Translations under genes and position numbers: made by a program
Source: Octopus bimaculoides
Taxonomy: Eukaryota
Assembly (NCBI RefSeq): GCF_001194135.2
Contig: NC_068995.1
Location: 22,291,654 to 22,355,346, forward strand
Direction: 5' to 3'
DNA length: 63,693 nt
The notes under the pieces: model-generated
What the model saw: only the letters and a program-made list of their open reading frames with translations
What the model was told of the DNA's origin: nothing
Databases searched by the model: none
In this document: piece by piece, positions 51,880 through 63,548 of the stretch
Layout: every line of letters starts with the position of its first letter
Numbering within the stretch: position 1 is the stretch's first letter

Positions 51880-53659
51880 GAGTAGTAATAATAAAAAATG
51901 ATGATGATGATGATGATGATGAGAATAATATAAGTAATTGAAGAGTTGAAACAGCGTATCCAAGCAGTAGCAAGCAAGCTCTCCAGATATCACAAAGGAA
52001 TAGATCAGTATCAACAAAAATAGATTAATTGAGACCAGAGGAGATTTTATAAGCAAATAAATAATTTTAAACGAAGCACTGGAAATGAGAAACCTAATGC
52101 AGAAGAAGCTAGAAAGTTCTGGGGTAGTATTTGGAATAAGACAGTCAATCATAATGGAGATGCAGTATGGTTAAAGAAATTCAAGGTAGAAGTAGTGAGT
52201 TAGATCTAAGATTAACTAGTGCATTAATGAGTAAAGTGTTCGGAAAAATGACGCATTGGAATGGCCCAGGACCAGCTAACAAATATATACCAATCACCTA
52301 CTTACCCACGTAAACAAGAATGCTTTCAGAAAGCATTTACGAGCACCTTGACAACCAGAACTTACAATGAGAAGAACAGAAGGGTTGCAGGAAGAAAGCT
52401 AGAGGAAAACATGAGCTATTACGTATAGACAAAGCAGTTCTAAATGGAGCAAAAGTTAGACAGAAAGATCTAACAACATCATGGATATATTATAGGAAAT
52501 CCTATGACATGATCCCACACTCATGGATAGGTGAAAGTGTAAGTATATTCAGTATAATAGACAACATAAGAGTATTAATTAGCTTTAGCATGAAGAAATG
52601 GAAAGTAGATCTCTACACAGGTGATAAAGTCTTAGGGAAAGTTAATATCAAAAGAGAAATTTTCCAGGAGGACTCATTGCCCCCTTTAATATTTGTCTTA
52701 TGTTTGATCCCTCTCAGTTTAGTATTAAGGAAGACAAAATCAGGGTTTCAATTCAGAAATAACCATTTGCTCTACATGGATGATCTGCAGCTGTTTAGTA
52801 AGAATGAAAAAAAAAAAAAGATACATTCCTTAATACAGATTGTAAGATTCTTCTGCATGAAATTTGTCACAGATCTGTGTGCAATATTAGTCACGAAAAG
52901 GAGCCATGTAGTCAACAACGAAGGCATCTAATTATCAGATGGCTAGGCACTAAAATCATTGAAAGGAGGAGAGAGCTATATGTATCTAGGAGTATTAGAA
53001 TCTGACAGAGATGATAACGAAAATGGGGCAGAAGTATATCAGAAGGCGGCGGAAGTTAATGTTGTTAAAGTTAAATGTTCCGAATCTAGTGAAGGCCGGG
53101 CAGTATCATTACTCAGCAGCTGTTGTAGGTTGAACAAATATTGAATTAGCAAAGCAAGAAAGAAGAACTAGGAAGGAACTCAATATAAATGGAGGACTCC
53201 ATCCAAAGACAGGAGTAGCAAATTATGCCTTCATAGAAAGGAAGGTGGAAGAGATTTAATATCGGTAGAAGATTGCATGGAGTTAACTAGAGTAGATATA
53301 GACTCCTATATCGATAATAGAGAAAAAACTTTATTAGAAGTTGCTAGAATCACCGAAATTCACAGTAGAAGGCATTGCACGGTAGATTCCCAAGGATAGT
53401 TAGAGCAAATAGTTGTAGTGAGACATGGTTATGGTTGCAGAAAAGAAAGCTGAAGAAGGAGACAGGAAGTTTGTTTGGATTTTTGCTAGTAACTGCACAA
53501 GATCAACCATTAAGAACTAATTGGATAAAAGCCAAGATAGACAAAAATCAAGTTGATTCCCATGAACCAAGTAAAGTACTAGAAAGTAAGAAATATAAGA
53601 TGCTGTGGTACTTTGATATTTAGACTGACAGAGTAATAGAAGCTAGAAGGCCTGATTTG

Positions 53660-53716
<57 letters not shown>
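53660..53716 (+). repeat. (GTA)19 in-frame expansion inside the LINE REL domain
   Basis: PDL-V19-DKENRKC. Confidence 0.95.
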
Positions 53717-53717
<1 letters not shown>

Positions 53718-53875
53718 ATAAAGAGAATAGAAAATGCCTGATAATTGACTTTACGGTCTCAAATGATGAAAACATTAATATGAGTGGTATAGAAAATATA
53801 GCAAAATACCAGGACCTAGGTACTGAATTACAGAGATTATGGAAAACGCGGGTAAAATATATCCCAGTAGTTATA

Positions 53876-55322
53876 CACTGAACCGCAAAAGAAACGCGAC
53901 TTTTTCAAATGTCATTTTTTATATGGTAAATTCTGAAAATTTATTTCGGGGATGTAAGTGTAAACATTCCAAGAAATGCTGATTTATCGTTGAGATCCAA
54001 ATTGCAGATAGCCTTTCAACTTTCCCTGAACCAAGACGCCAACACGCAGCGCTAAAACGCACCTACGTTGAATTCTGTGGATGGCAGCCGCAAGCAATTG
54101 TCATAAAAACCAAAATGCTCGTGCATCTCATGGAGAGTATGGTATAAAAATCAACTTGAACCGCCTTCTTGACCTTCATAATTTGGACGCATCAAGTATG
54201 ACCCGATTGTCAGCAGTTCAGAGAGAACAAGCTACCGGCCGATTGAAAGCAGTGCAGCGTGCTCTGGTTGTTGCGAAAGCTAACAATGTCCCTGTCAGCA
54301 CCATCTATTGCCTGGAAGAGCGATTCAACAACACCAACATGCAGGACCGTTTCATTTACCTGCAAAACGTCAGTGATCGTTTCAGGCCAGCCAGCATAAC
54401 AGCTCGCTAGACCATTGGTGATGACACGGTACCACGTTGACTGGCCGCCAACAACCTGCGTTGACGCCATCCTGCTCGAAAGCCGGTCCTCACTGCTCGC
54501 CACAGTCAGGCATGACTACTGTGGGCTACTCAGCACTGCTATTTGTGACATCAACAATGGTAGTCAATAGTCTTCTCTGACGAGAGCCGGTTCTGAGTTT
54601 CCACCTCGGATGGCAGAGTGAGAGTATGACGTAGGAAGGGTGAACGCTACAGAGACGTATGTGTCATAGTGAGAGATGCTTGTGGTTGCCAAAGCATCAT
54701 GGTTTGGAGTGCTATAGGGAATTGAGCCCCATGTGTTCCAAAATGTTGGTGCGGCCAGAGAGACCGGTATTACAGCGGAGCGCTACGTTGACCAGATCCT
54801 AAGACCTCACATCATGCCCTTCTTCACGCGTCACCATAGCCACGTGTTCAAGCAGGATAATGCTCCCTCCCATACAGCCAGGGTCACCATGGACTTCCTT
54901 CTTCAACAAAACATCAGAGCCACGCCGTGGCCGACTCTCAGCCCGGATTTGAACTCACACTTGTGGGATGAAATCCAGAGATGGCTGAACCAAGGTGTCC
55001 CAAGGCCGACAAATTGTGTGAAAATGGAGACAGCTTTACTTAGAGTGTGGGCACATGTGCAAATGGCCTTTGTGAACCGCCTCGTGCACTCCATTTACCA
55101 AGGGTGTATAGCCGTTTTGAACACTCAAGGAAGGCATACGCTGTATTGAATATGACACACCCTAAGATCACGATGTGCTGGATCCACCCACTACCAGAAC
55201 ACATGACAACGAGCGCATCCAAGAAATTTACGTGATTAGATTTATCAAAATTTATCTGTGACAATGAAATTTTAAAATATTTCATAGTCACATAAGTCTA
55301 GCATTTGTTTTGCGGTTCAGTG
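53876..55322 (+). mobile_element. Tc1 (DD34E-type) DNA transposon, 1447 bp, TIRs and TA TSD intact, transposase pseudogenised
   Basis: TIRs CACTGAACCGCAAAA(G/C)AAA(C/T)GC at both ends; TA at 53874-53875 and 55323-55324. Transposase 54198-55149 contains VFSDESRF, IMVWSAI, FKQDNAPSHTAR and WPTLSPDLN, with the E-containing codons deleted. Confidence 0.96.
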
Positions 55323-55528
55323 TAGGTGCATTGGGAACTATCCCTAAAGATTTGAACAGTTGGATAGAGGAAATACGTATAAAAAAAAGTTTAGTACAGC
55401 TCCAGAAAACTGTGTTATTAGAGAGAGCTAAGATACTTAGGACAGTTCATGATATCAAAGATTACTTGTTGTAGCCCGATGTTAGGATTCTTTTCTTTTC
55501 CAAAAATTTAATCTGTTGAGAGTATGTG

Positions 55529-55580
<52 letters not shown>
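55529..55580. repeat. (AAT)n tail
   Basis: Direct reading. Confidence 0.97.
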
Positions 55581-55581
<1 letters not shown>

Positions 55582-55582
<1 letters not shown>

Positions 55583-56012
55583 CTATTATACCAATGTCTT
55601 GGTATAAAAGATGAGCTACAAGCTCATTATCACAGTTTTGCTTGTCAGTTCTTTCTCCTTAACCAGTTGAGCATGTCTCATAGTGGCTGAACAGAAGTAG
55701 TGGGGGAGCTTCATCGCCATGTAATGAGAGGTATTCTTTGGGGTTTGGATAATTCAGCTCTGGAAACTTGAGTATTTCATCCAACATCCTTAAACAACGC
55801 TTATTCAGGGACCTTTTGAGAGGATTGGACTACTTGACCTGAGGTCATGCGCTGTTTATCTTGATATGAGATCACCATGTCACGGACATACAGTTGTGAT
55901 CCATATGCCTGGTGTATTCTTATCAGAAGGGTAGTCAGGATGGGTATACTGGGCTTCGTATATTTGACCCGTGTCACTTTGATAGGATTCACTTCTCTCT
56001 CACTCTATTGAT
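55582..56012 (+). mobile_element. Non-coding interspersed repeat bounded by (AAT)n arrays (probable non-autonomous retroelement)
   Basis: A 430-bp GC-richer block with no ORF, sandwiched between two (AAT)n tracts. It resembles an abundant octopod repeat as I recall it; not verified. Confidence 0.5.
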
Positions 56013-56033
56013 AATAATAACAACAAAAATAAC

Positions 56034-56089
<56 letters not shown>

Positions 56090-56093
<4 letters not shown>

Positions 56094-56213
56094 ACCATCG
56101 ATCATGTTGTCTCCATGTGCAGTCTGCTTGCGCCTACAGAGTATCTCAACATACATGATAGAGCTGCACAATATATTCACTGGGTAATATGCAAAAACCT
56201 GGACTTGCCCCAT
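56090..56213 (+). mobile_element. R4/Dong-type LINE fragment (zinc-knuckle end and RHD region), near identical to the 51000 copy
   Basis: ETIDHVVSMC...EYLNIHDRAAQYIHWVICKNLDLPH, followed by a gap. Confidence 0.88.
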
Positions 56214-56788
56214 NNNNNNNNNNNNNNNNNNNNNNNNNNNNNNNNNNNNNNNNNNNNNNNNNNNNNNNNNNNNNNNNNNNNNNNNNNNNNNNNNNNNNNN
56301 NNNNNNNNNNNNNNNNNNNNNNNNNNNNNNNNNNNNNNNNNNNNNNNNNNNNNNNNNNNNNNNNNNNNNNNNNNNNNNNNNNNNNNNNNNNNNNNNNNNN
56401 NNNNNNNNNNNNNNNNNNNNNNNNNNNNNNNNNNNNNNNNNNNNNNNNNNNNNNNNNNNNNNNNNNNNNNNNNNNNNNNNNNNNNNNNNNNNNNNNNNNN
56501 NNNNNNNNNNNNNNNNNNNNNNNNNNNNNNNNNNNNNNNNNNNNNNNNNNNNNNNNNNNNNNNNNNNNNNNNNNNNNNNNNNNNNNNNNNNNNNNNNNNN
56601 NNNNNNNNNNNNNNNNNNNNNNNNNNNNNNNNNNNNNNNNNNNNNNNNNNNNNNNNNNNNNNNNNNNNNNNNNNNNNNNNNNNNNNNNNNNNNNNNNNNN
56701 NNNNNNNNNNNNNNNNNNNNNNNNNNNNNNNNNNNNNNNNNNNNNNNNNNNNNNNNNNNNNNNNNNNNNNNNNNNNNNNNNNNNNNNN

Positions 56789-57000
56789 CTTGGTAACTCC
56801 AATCTCTGTGAGCTACAAAAGATAACCTTGAAGGGTACAGCCCATATACTACGGAGAACACTATCCATCTAAAATGGAATAAATGTGGTGATAATTTTTG
56901 CATGCATAGCAAAACAAAAGTGCCCTTGATACTGTTTGCCTCCGAAGGATACCCGGGACTAAGGCAGCTGAAATAAAGTTATAATGAAAGGAAACCATTA
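56789..57000 (+). mobile_element. R4/Dong-type LINE 3' end (different subfamily) with (AAT)n tail
   Basis: LGNSNLCELQKITLKGTAHILRRTLSI*, then a 3' UTR and AAT repeats. Confidence 0.85.
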
Positions 57001-57003
57001 ATG

Positions 57004-57044
<41 letters not shown>

Positions 57045-57054
57045 NNNNNNNNNN

Positions 57055-57258
57055 TAAACATAGAGGGGACAAACAAGGACAGACAAACAGATTAAGTCGA
57101 TTACGTCGTTCCAGTGCGTAACTGGTACTTATTTAATCGACCCCGAAAGGATGAAAGGCAAAGTCGACCCTAGCAGAATTTGAACTCACAACGTAACGGC
57201 AGACGAAATACCGCTAAGCATTTCGTCCGGCGTGCTAACGATTCTACCAGCTCGCAAC
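57055..57258 (-). mobile_element. SINE family 1, tail type 1
   Basis: aaacatagaggggacaaacaaggacagac...gatgaaaggcaaagtcgacc...tttgaactc...gctaacgattctaccagctcgc. Confidence 0.9.
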
Positions 57259-57260
57259 TC

Positions 57261-57472
57261 CTTGGTAACTCCAATCTCTGTGAGCTACAAAAGATAACCT
57301 TGAAGGGTACAGCCCATATACTACGGAGAACACTATCCATCTAAAATGGAATAAATGTGGTGATAATTTTTGCATGCATAGCAAAACAAAAGTGCCCTTG
57401 ATACTGTTTGCCTCCGAAGGATACCCGGGACTAAGGCAGCTGAAATAAAGTTATAATGAAAGGAAACCATTA
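57261..57472 (+). mobile_element. Identical second copy of the 56789-57000 LINE 3' end
   Basis: 212 bp identical by base-by-base reading. Confidence 0.85.
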
Positions 57473-57482
57473 NNNNNNNNNN

Positions 57483-57490
57483 AATAATAA

Positions 57491-57521
<31 letters not shown>

Positions 57522-57650
57522 AAGAAGAAGAAGAAGAAGAAGAAGAAGAAGAAGAATACGACGTCGACGAAGAAGAAGAAGAAGAAGAAGAAGAAGAAGA
57601 GGATGAGGCAGAAGAGGATGAGGAAGGAGAGGAAGGAGAGGAAGAAGAAT
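57483..57650. repeat. (AAG)n and GA-rich low-complexity tract
   Basis: Direct reading. Confidence 0.95.
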
Positions 57651-58196
57651 TAAATCAGATTAGATTCATCTGAGTACAAAAGAACTACTGAGACAATAAT
57701 GTATGAGGAAGGAAATCTGTAGAGGAAATTAGACATTTCTAAGCCGTTCCGAATATATAAAAAGAATTTACAAACATATGCGTTAGTTACATAAGATAAG
57801 CAAATATTCACTTCATTGAATGCTACGTGAGATGAACAGAGAAGAATGGCAGATACGATCACGAAGGCATGCAAAACATTTTGGAAAAAATTACAAATGA
57901 CTATTTTTTGTATTCGTAAAAAAAAATAATAATGTCTATTGATAATATATCAAGTAATCAAATTTTCATAATGATAATGACGTGAAAATTAAGTTTAATA
58001 AACAACACAATAACGACAATGATATTTCTAATCATGTTATTGCCAATTTATTTTCCCGCTAAGTGTTCGTTAACCAAGGTGATTATTTATGAAACAGTAT
58101 GGACGTTTGTCCAATTTCCAATACGGGAATCTTGTCACTTTGAGGCTACTTTGAAATATGAACAATTTCCATGTTGAGAGGTTTCCAGTGGATGTG

Positions 58197-58375
58197 TACA
58201 GGCTCAGATGTGGTTGTGAGGTGAGAAACTTACTTCCTAACCACATGGTCCCGGGTTCAGTGCCACTTTTGACACCTCGACAAAGTGTCTTCTACTATAG
58301 GGTCGGGCTGATCAATGCTTTGTGAGTAGATTTGGGAGACGAAAACTGAAAGAAGCCGGTCGCTGATATATACTG
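58197..58375 (+). mobile_element. SINE family 2, 5' half
   Basis: gtggttgtgaggtgagaaacttacttcctaaccacatggtcccgggttcagtgcc...aagtgtcttctactatag...aaactgaaagaagcc. Confidence 0.85.
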
Positions 58376-58923
58376 TTGTATTTCGGGATGGTCATTTGAT
58401 TTTGCCAAAGAAACACACTAACACTATATTTTCTTTCCTCTCGTTTATTACGTTTCGTATTTTATTATTTCTCCATTGTCCATAAATCTTTCGTCACACA
58501 TCTGTGACCGCTTCAGCAACACTTTTCACTTTCATGTGTGCACTTACTACACTTCCTCAGTTCTGTTCTTCGAAGATGTGTATCCTTATGTCCGCATGCG
58601 CTTGTATCCGTGTTTGTGTGCATGTGCATATTTGTGTATGTATATGCTTGTGTGTGCATATCATAGTTTTAACAGCAGTGTGGCCTTCCCCTCAGTCCCT
58701 TCCTCTCGCTCCATTGTACCGCTGCTGTCCTAAGATCCAGAGAATATGGTACAGTTCCTATATTCCTCTGTGTTTCTGCGTTCGCCCACGCAGTTGTCAA
58801 CGTGGTAATTGTTGTTGTTACTGCCATCGTTGTCACCGACGCTGCTGCTGTCGTTGTTAATGACATTGTTGAAATTGTCGTGGCCGTCCGTGAAATTTCT
58901 TGTGTGTGTATGTTTGTGTGTGT

Positions 58924-58971
<48 letters not shown>

Positions 58972-59029
58972 TATGCATCCATACATGCATACACACTTAT
59001 ACACTCAGCTAAGTCTGATTATTTTTATT

Positions 59030-59460
59030 GGCGCAGGCATGGCTGTGAGGTAACAACCTTACTTCCTAACTACATGGTTCCGGCTTCAGTCCCACTGTGT
59101 GGCACCTTGGGAAAGTCTCTTCTACTATAACCTCGAGCCGACCAAATCCTTGTAAGTGGGTTTTGGTAGACGGAAACTAAAAGAAGCCTGTTGTATATAT
59201 ATGTATATATTTAAATGCATGCGTCTTTGTGTCAGTGTGTGCCCCCCCCACCACCACCACCAGCATCTCTTCACAACTGATGGTGGTGTGCTTATGCACC
59301 AGTAAACTAGCGGTTCGACAATAGTGAACGATGGGATAAGTACTAGCTTACAAAGAATGAATACTAGTGTAGATTTCTTCGACTAAATCCTTTAAGGTGG
59401 TGCTCCAGCAATGCCGCAGTCAAAGGACTGAAACGCGTAAAAGGATAGAAGAATAAAAGA
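59030..59460 (+). mobile_element. SINE family 2, full length: tRNA-like head, CORE-like segment, internal microsatellite, 3' tail
   Basis: A-box-like TGGCTGTGAGG and B-box-like GGCTTCAGTCCC. ccttgggaaagt..cttc....aacctc resembles the MIR/CORE motif CCTTGGGCAAGT..CTT....GCCTC. The tail is gactgaaac..aaaag. Confidence 0.88.
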
Positions 59461-59544
59461 ATATATATGTATGTGTGTGCGTGTGTGTATGTGTGTGTAT
59501 GTATGTGTGTGTGTATGTATGTATATATGTTTGTATGCGTGTGT

Positions 59545-59760
59545 GTCTTTGCGTCTGTGTTTTTCCCTCCACCATTTGTAACCAGCGTTGGTATATTTAC
59601 TTCTCCGTACCGTAGCGTTTCGAAACAAGAACCTATAAAGTATGTACCAGTATGCTTTAAATACAGGGGTGGATTCATTCGAGTAAACATTTTTCGAGGG
59701 CGTACCCCAGCATTGCCACAGTCTAATGACAGAAACAAGAAAAATATAAAAGATAAACGG
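59545..59760 (+). mobile_element. SINE family 2, degenerate 3' half after a (TG)n tract
   Basis: ccagcgttggtatatttac...tagcgtttcgaaac...gtaccccagcattgccacagtctaatgacagaaacaag. Confidence 0.65.
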
Positions 59761-60384
59761 GAACGAATATTAAGAAGAGAAAAAGTTATTTTGTAAGGTT
59801 GTCGAATCCTTCATTTATGTCTAGTTTCTCGTTCACTATCGGGTATCTGAGAGGTCATTCACATATATCATCTGCCTGTTCACTTACACCAATCAGCCCT
59901 GTCAAATATATATTTTATAATCTTCAACAGATAGCGTAATTAACATAATTAGAGAGAAATTCGTGATGATATTACATGCTATTTTTCTTTTACTCTCTAC
60001 ACATAACTATTTTTTATTGCTGGTGCAACATTTTACAATCAAATAAAATTGACGATTCATATTACAAATACACAATGATGCATACATAGTCTTACAGACA
60101 CGATGCCGAACACAAACACACATGCACGCGCCCACACTCACATACACAGAAGCAAATACACACACATATTCACAAACACCACGCGCGCGCACACATACAC
60201 GTTCACACACACGCACACAAACAGATACTTATTTTCATTTCAAATGCTACCGACTTCTTTTTCAAATGTATTCTTTTTTGTTTTCACGGTTCCTAACTCA
60301 TGATGCGTCGATGCATAGAATAGTTCTATTTTATATCTGTGTTTATATATGATTACGCATGTGCATATACGCATATGTGAGTAA

Positions 60385-60425
<41 letters not shown>

Positions 60426-60559
60426 CATCTATATACACACACACACATTTACATATATATACATATAAATATATATGTGTGTGTATATATGCATGTGTAT
60501 GTGTGTGTACATTTATATATATGCATGTACGTATATGAATATAAATATAAGTGTAAATT

Positions 60560-60615
<56 letters not shown>

Positions 60616-61521
60616 CATATATACACAAACAGACAGACACACACACACACACACACACACGTATATATATATATATATATATACATATATATATTGCATC
60701 CGATGATTCCGATGTTTCCTAACGTTTCCAGACAGCTTTCTTCTTTTTTTGTATTACAATTGTTTCTTTCTTGATTTTAAATCAACATTTTTGAAAGAAT
60801 GCATTAGCTGATGAACCTAACGCTTTGGCATATAATGTCAATATATACACGCAATAATTACACAGCAATGCCGAATGTAAGAAATGTAAAAAACCGAAAG
60901 AGTTTTATCTGTATGAAGCAAGACAAAAAATGCAAATGAGAGTTAATTAACTGAAGAAATGTAATTACTTTCCATATGTAAGTTAGAGTATATACGTCAA
61001 TATATATTCATGTATGCTCATATAAACACGTACTCAATCGTAACTGTACGACTCTCTATACACACATGAATATGAATATGTGATTATGTGTGTATAAACA
61101 TATACTACTGCCGCATGAGTGAAACGTATAAAAGAATTACTGTGTATATATGTGAAAGAGAGAGAGAGGGGAGAGAGAGAGGGAGGAGGGGGAGAAAGAG
61201 TGATGAAGAAAAACGTAAAACGGGAGAAGAGAAAAATCGACGGACGTACTTATGCACGCATATATTGGGTTATTTTTTTATAGAGTCACGTGTTATATAA
61301 GAAAAGTGTTCCAGCAATCATTTAAATAAGAAACTAAAGACATAAATAGAAACACAAATATAAACTATAGTCAGTGATTAGACAAGTCCAAGTGAGCAAC
61401 GCCCTATTATCTATGGAGAATACGTGGTACGTTACTACGCCTGGGACCAAAAGCAGAATTATACATATAAGTAAATTTGTGCCTTCTCTCTTTCTCTCTA
61501 TCTCTCTCACTCTCATTCTCG

Positions 61522-61554
<33 letters not shown>

Positions 61555-63038
61555 TCTCTCTCTTTCACAAACACACGCACATACACACATAGAAGGAAAC
61601 GTGCATAAATATATATGTGTGTGTGTGTGTGTGAGTGTGTGTGAGTGTGTATATATGTATGTCCATATGTATGTATACATGCATATGTATATGCATGCAT
61701 ACATGCACACATATACACGCAAATATAATACAAGAAGAACTCAATGCTATTATAATCTGATTGCATATGATAATGCAGTACAATTATGTATTATGTTATG
61801 TAATACTCCGTTACTGAACATCTTGCTCTAAAAGGCATTATGAAATGGGAAACGTAGAAATATATAGTCATATTAAAATGACTTATATTTTATCATACAC
61901 ACCAAACCAAGTTTATGTATAACGAAATGGTGCCGTCTATATTTCTGTATAAGAATGTCCGTGTGTAATGAAGACAAATTCTATGCAAGCTTTTTTCCAC
62001 ACGTGTTCATCTTGTTTTTTTTCTTTCGGTCTGTTGCACTGACAAGACGTATTCTTCTCTGTCTCCTCTCCTATCTTTTCTCCTGTCAAAGAATATTCCT
62101 CAGCGTTCGATTAGCAGTCCTCACTATTTGTTTCACTATCACGTTTTTGTTACTAGATTTGACCCTCTGCAAAATCCCAACTTTTATTTTGGTTTACGGG
62201 AGCAACTATTTTCACGAAGACAAATATTGTCGTGAATCGCTCGAAATATGGAGCAGATAGACAGCCAACAACTGATGAAGGGTCGTTCTTTATGTTACTT
62301 GTCTTGTTTTCCATTTGTTTCTCTCGTTCGCAAAAAAAAAAAATTGTCTTCGTACTTCATTTTGCTTTTCGTATTTCGGATTTAATGTTTCGTATTTTAT
62401 GTTGTTTACGTTTTGTGATACCCTGTACAGATATATGCNNNNNNNNNNNNNNNNNNNNNNNNNNNNNNNNNNNNNNNNNNNNNNNNNNNNNNNNNNNNNN
62501 NNNNNNNNNNNNNNNNNNNNNNNNNNNNNNNNNNNNNNNNNNNNNNNNNNNNNNNNNNNNNNNNNNNNNNNNNNNNNNNNNNNNNNNNNNNNNNNNNNNN
62601 NNNNNNNNNNNNNNNNNNNNNNNNNNNNNNNNNNNNNNNNNNNNNNNNNNNNNNNNNNNNNNNNNNNNNNNNNNNNNNNNNNNNNNNNNNNNNNNNNNNN
62701 NNNNNNNNNNNNNNNNNNNNNNNNNNNNNNNNNNNNNNNNNNNNNNNNNNNNNNNNNNNNNNNNNNNNNNNNNNNNNNNNNNNNNNNNNNNNNNNNNNNN
62801 NNNNNNNNNNNNNNNNNNNNNNNNNNNNNNNNNNNNNNNNNNNNNNNNNNNNNNNNNNNNNNNNNNNNNNNNNNNNNNNNNNNNNNNNNNNNNNNNNNNN
62901 NNNNNNNNNNNNNNNNNNNNNNNNNNNNNNNNNNNNNNNNNNNNNNNNNNNNNNNNNNNNNNNNNNNNNNNNNNNNNNNNNNATGTGTGTATGTATGTAT
63001 ATATGTGTATATAAATATATATCTACATACACACATAC

Positions 63039-63069
<31 letters not shown>

Positions 63070-63548
63070 AGTGAGTATATACATATATGTATGTATATAT
63101 ACCTATATACATATATTGAAATATAAGGAGACGAACGCTCGGAATGATAATTGATTTATATCATGAAGTCCTCTACATACGTTTCGACGGGTGCACTCCA
63201 AAATGCCAGGCAGAATAATTAATGGTCAGCAATGCACCAATCACTTCACGATGTTTGTTATAACAAGCTCATCAAATAAACATGTTAAGCGTAAAAGAAG
63301 TCCTACAAAATGTAACGCATACATTTTTATATGGACACAGACGTTCACATTCCAACACGTGACATGTAAATATAAACATTATATACATACAAAGACACAA
63401 ACGAATATTAACACATACATACACAGTTATTAAAATACAAGCACTTAAACATATATACATGCATGGATACATATATATACTATTATATATCTATATAAAA
63501 TATAAAATATAATTACTATAATATTTTCTCCTCGTTTTTCTCCTTATT

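Larger units (their letters stand above)
51931..55528 (+). mobile_element. R4/Dong-type LINE, 5'-truncated and degenerate, with RT and REL domains, interrupted by Tc1
   Basis: RT motifs DMIPHSWI, IFQEDSLPPLIF and YMDD (52773-52784); REL motifs RRPD...LIIDF...KYQDL; PVVI|GALG is split by the insertion; 3' (AAT)n tail starts at 55529. Confidence 0.92.

Noticed and set aside
58669-59004. Thr/Ala-rich mucin-like ORF
   Set aside because: Derived from degenerate (GTT/GTC) low-complexity sequence and a (CA)n tract.
59036-59100. tRNA gene call for SINE heads
   Set aside because: A/B boxes are present but there is no complete cloverleaf, and the heads run directly into SINE bodies.
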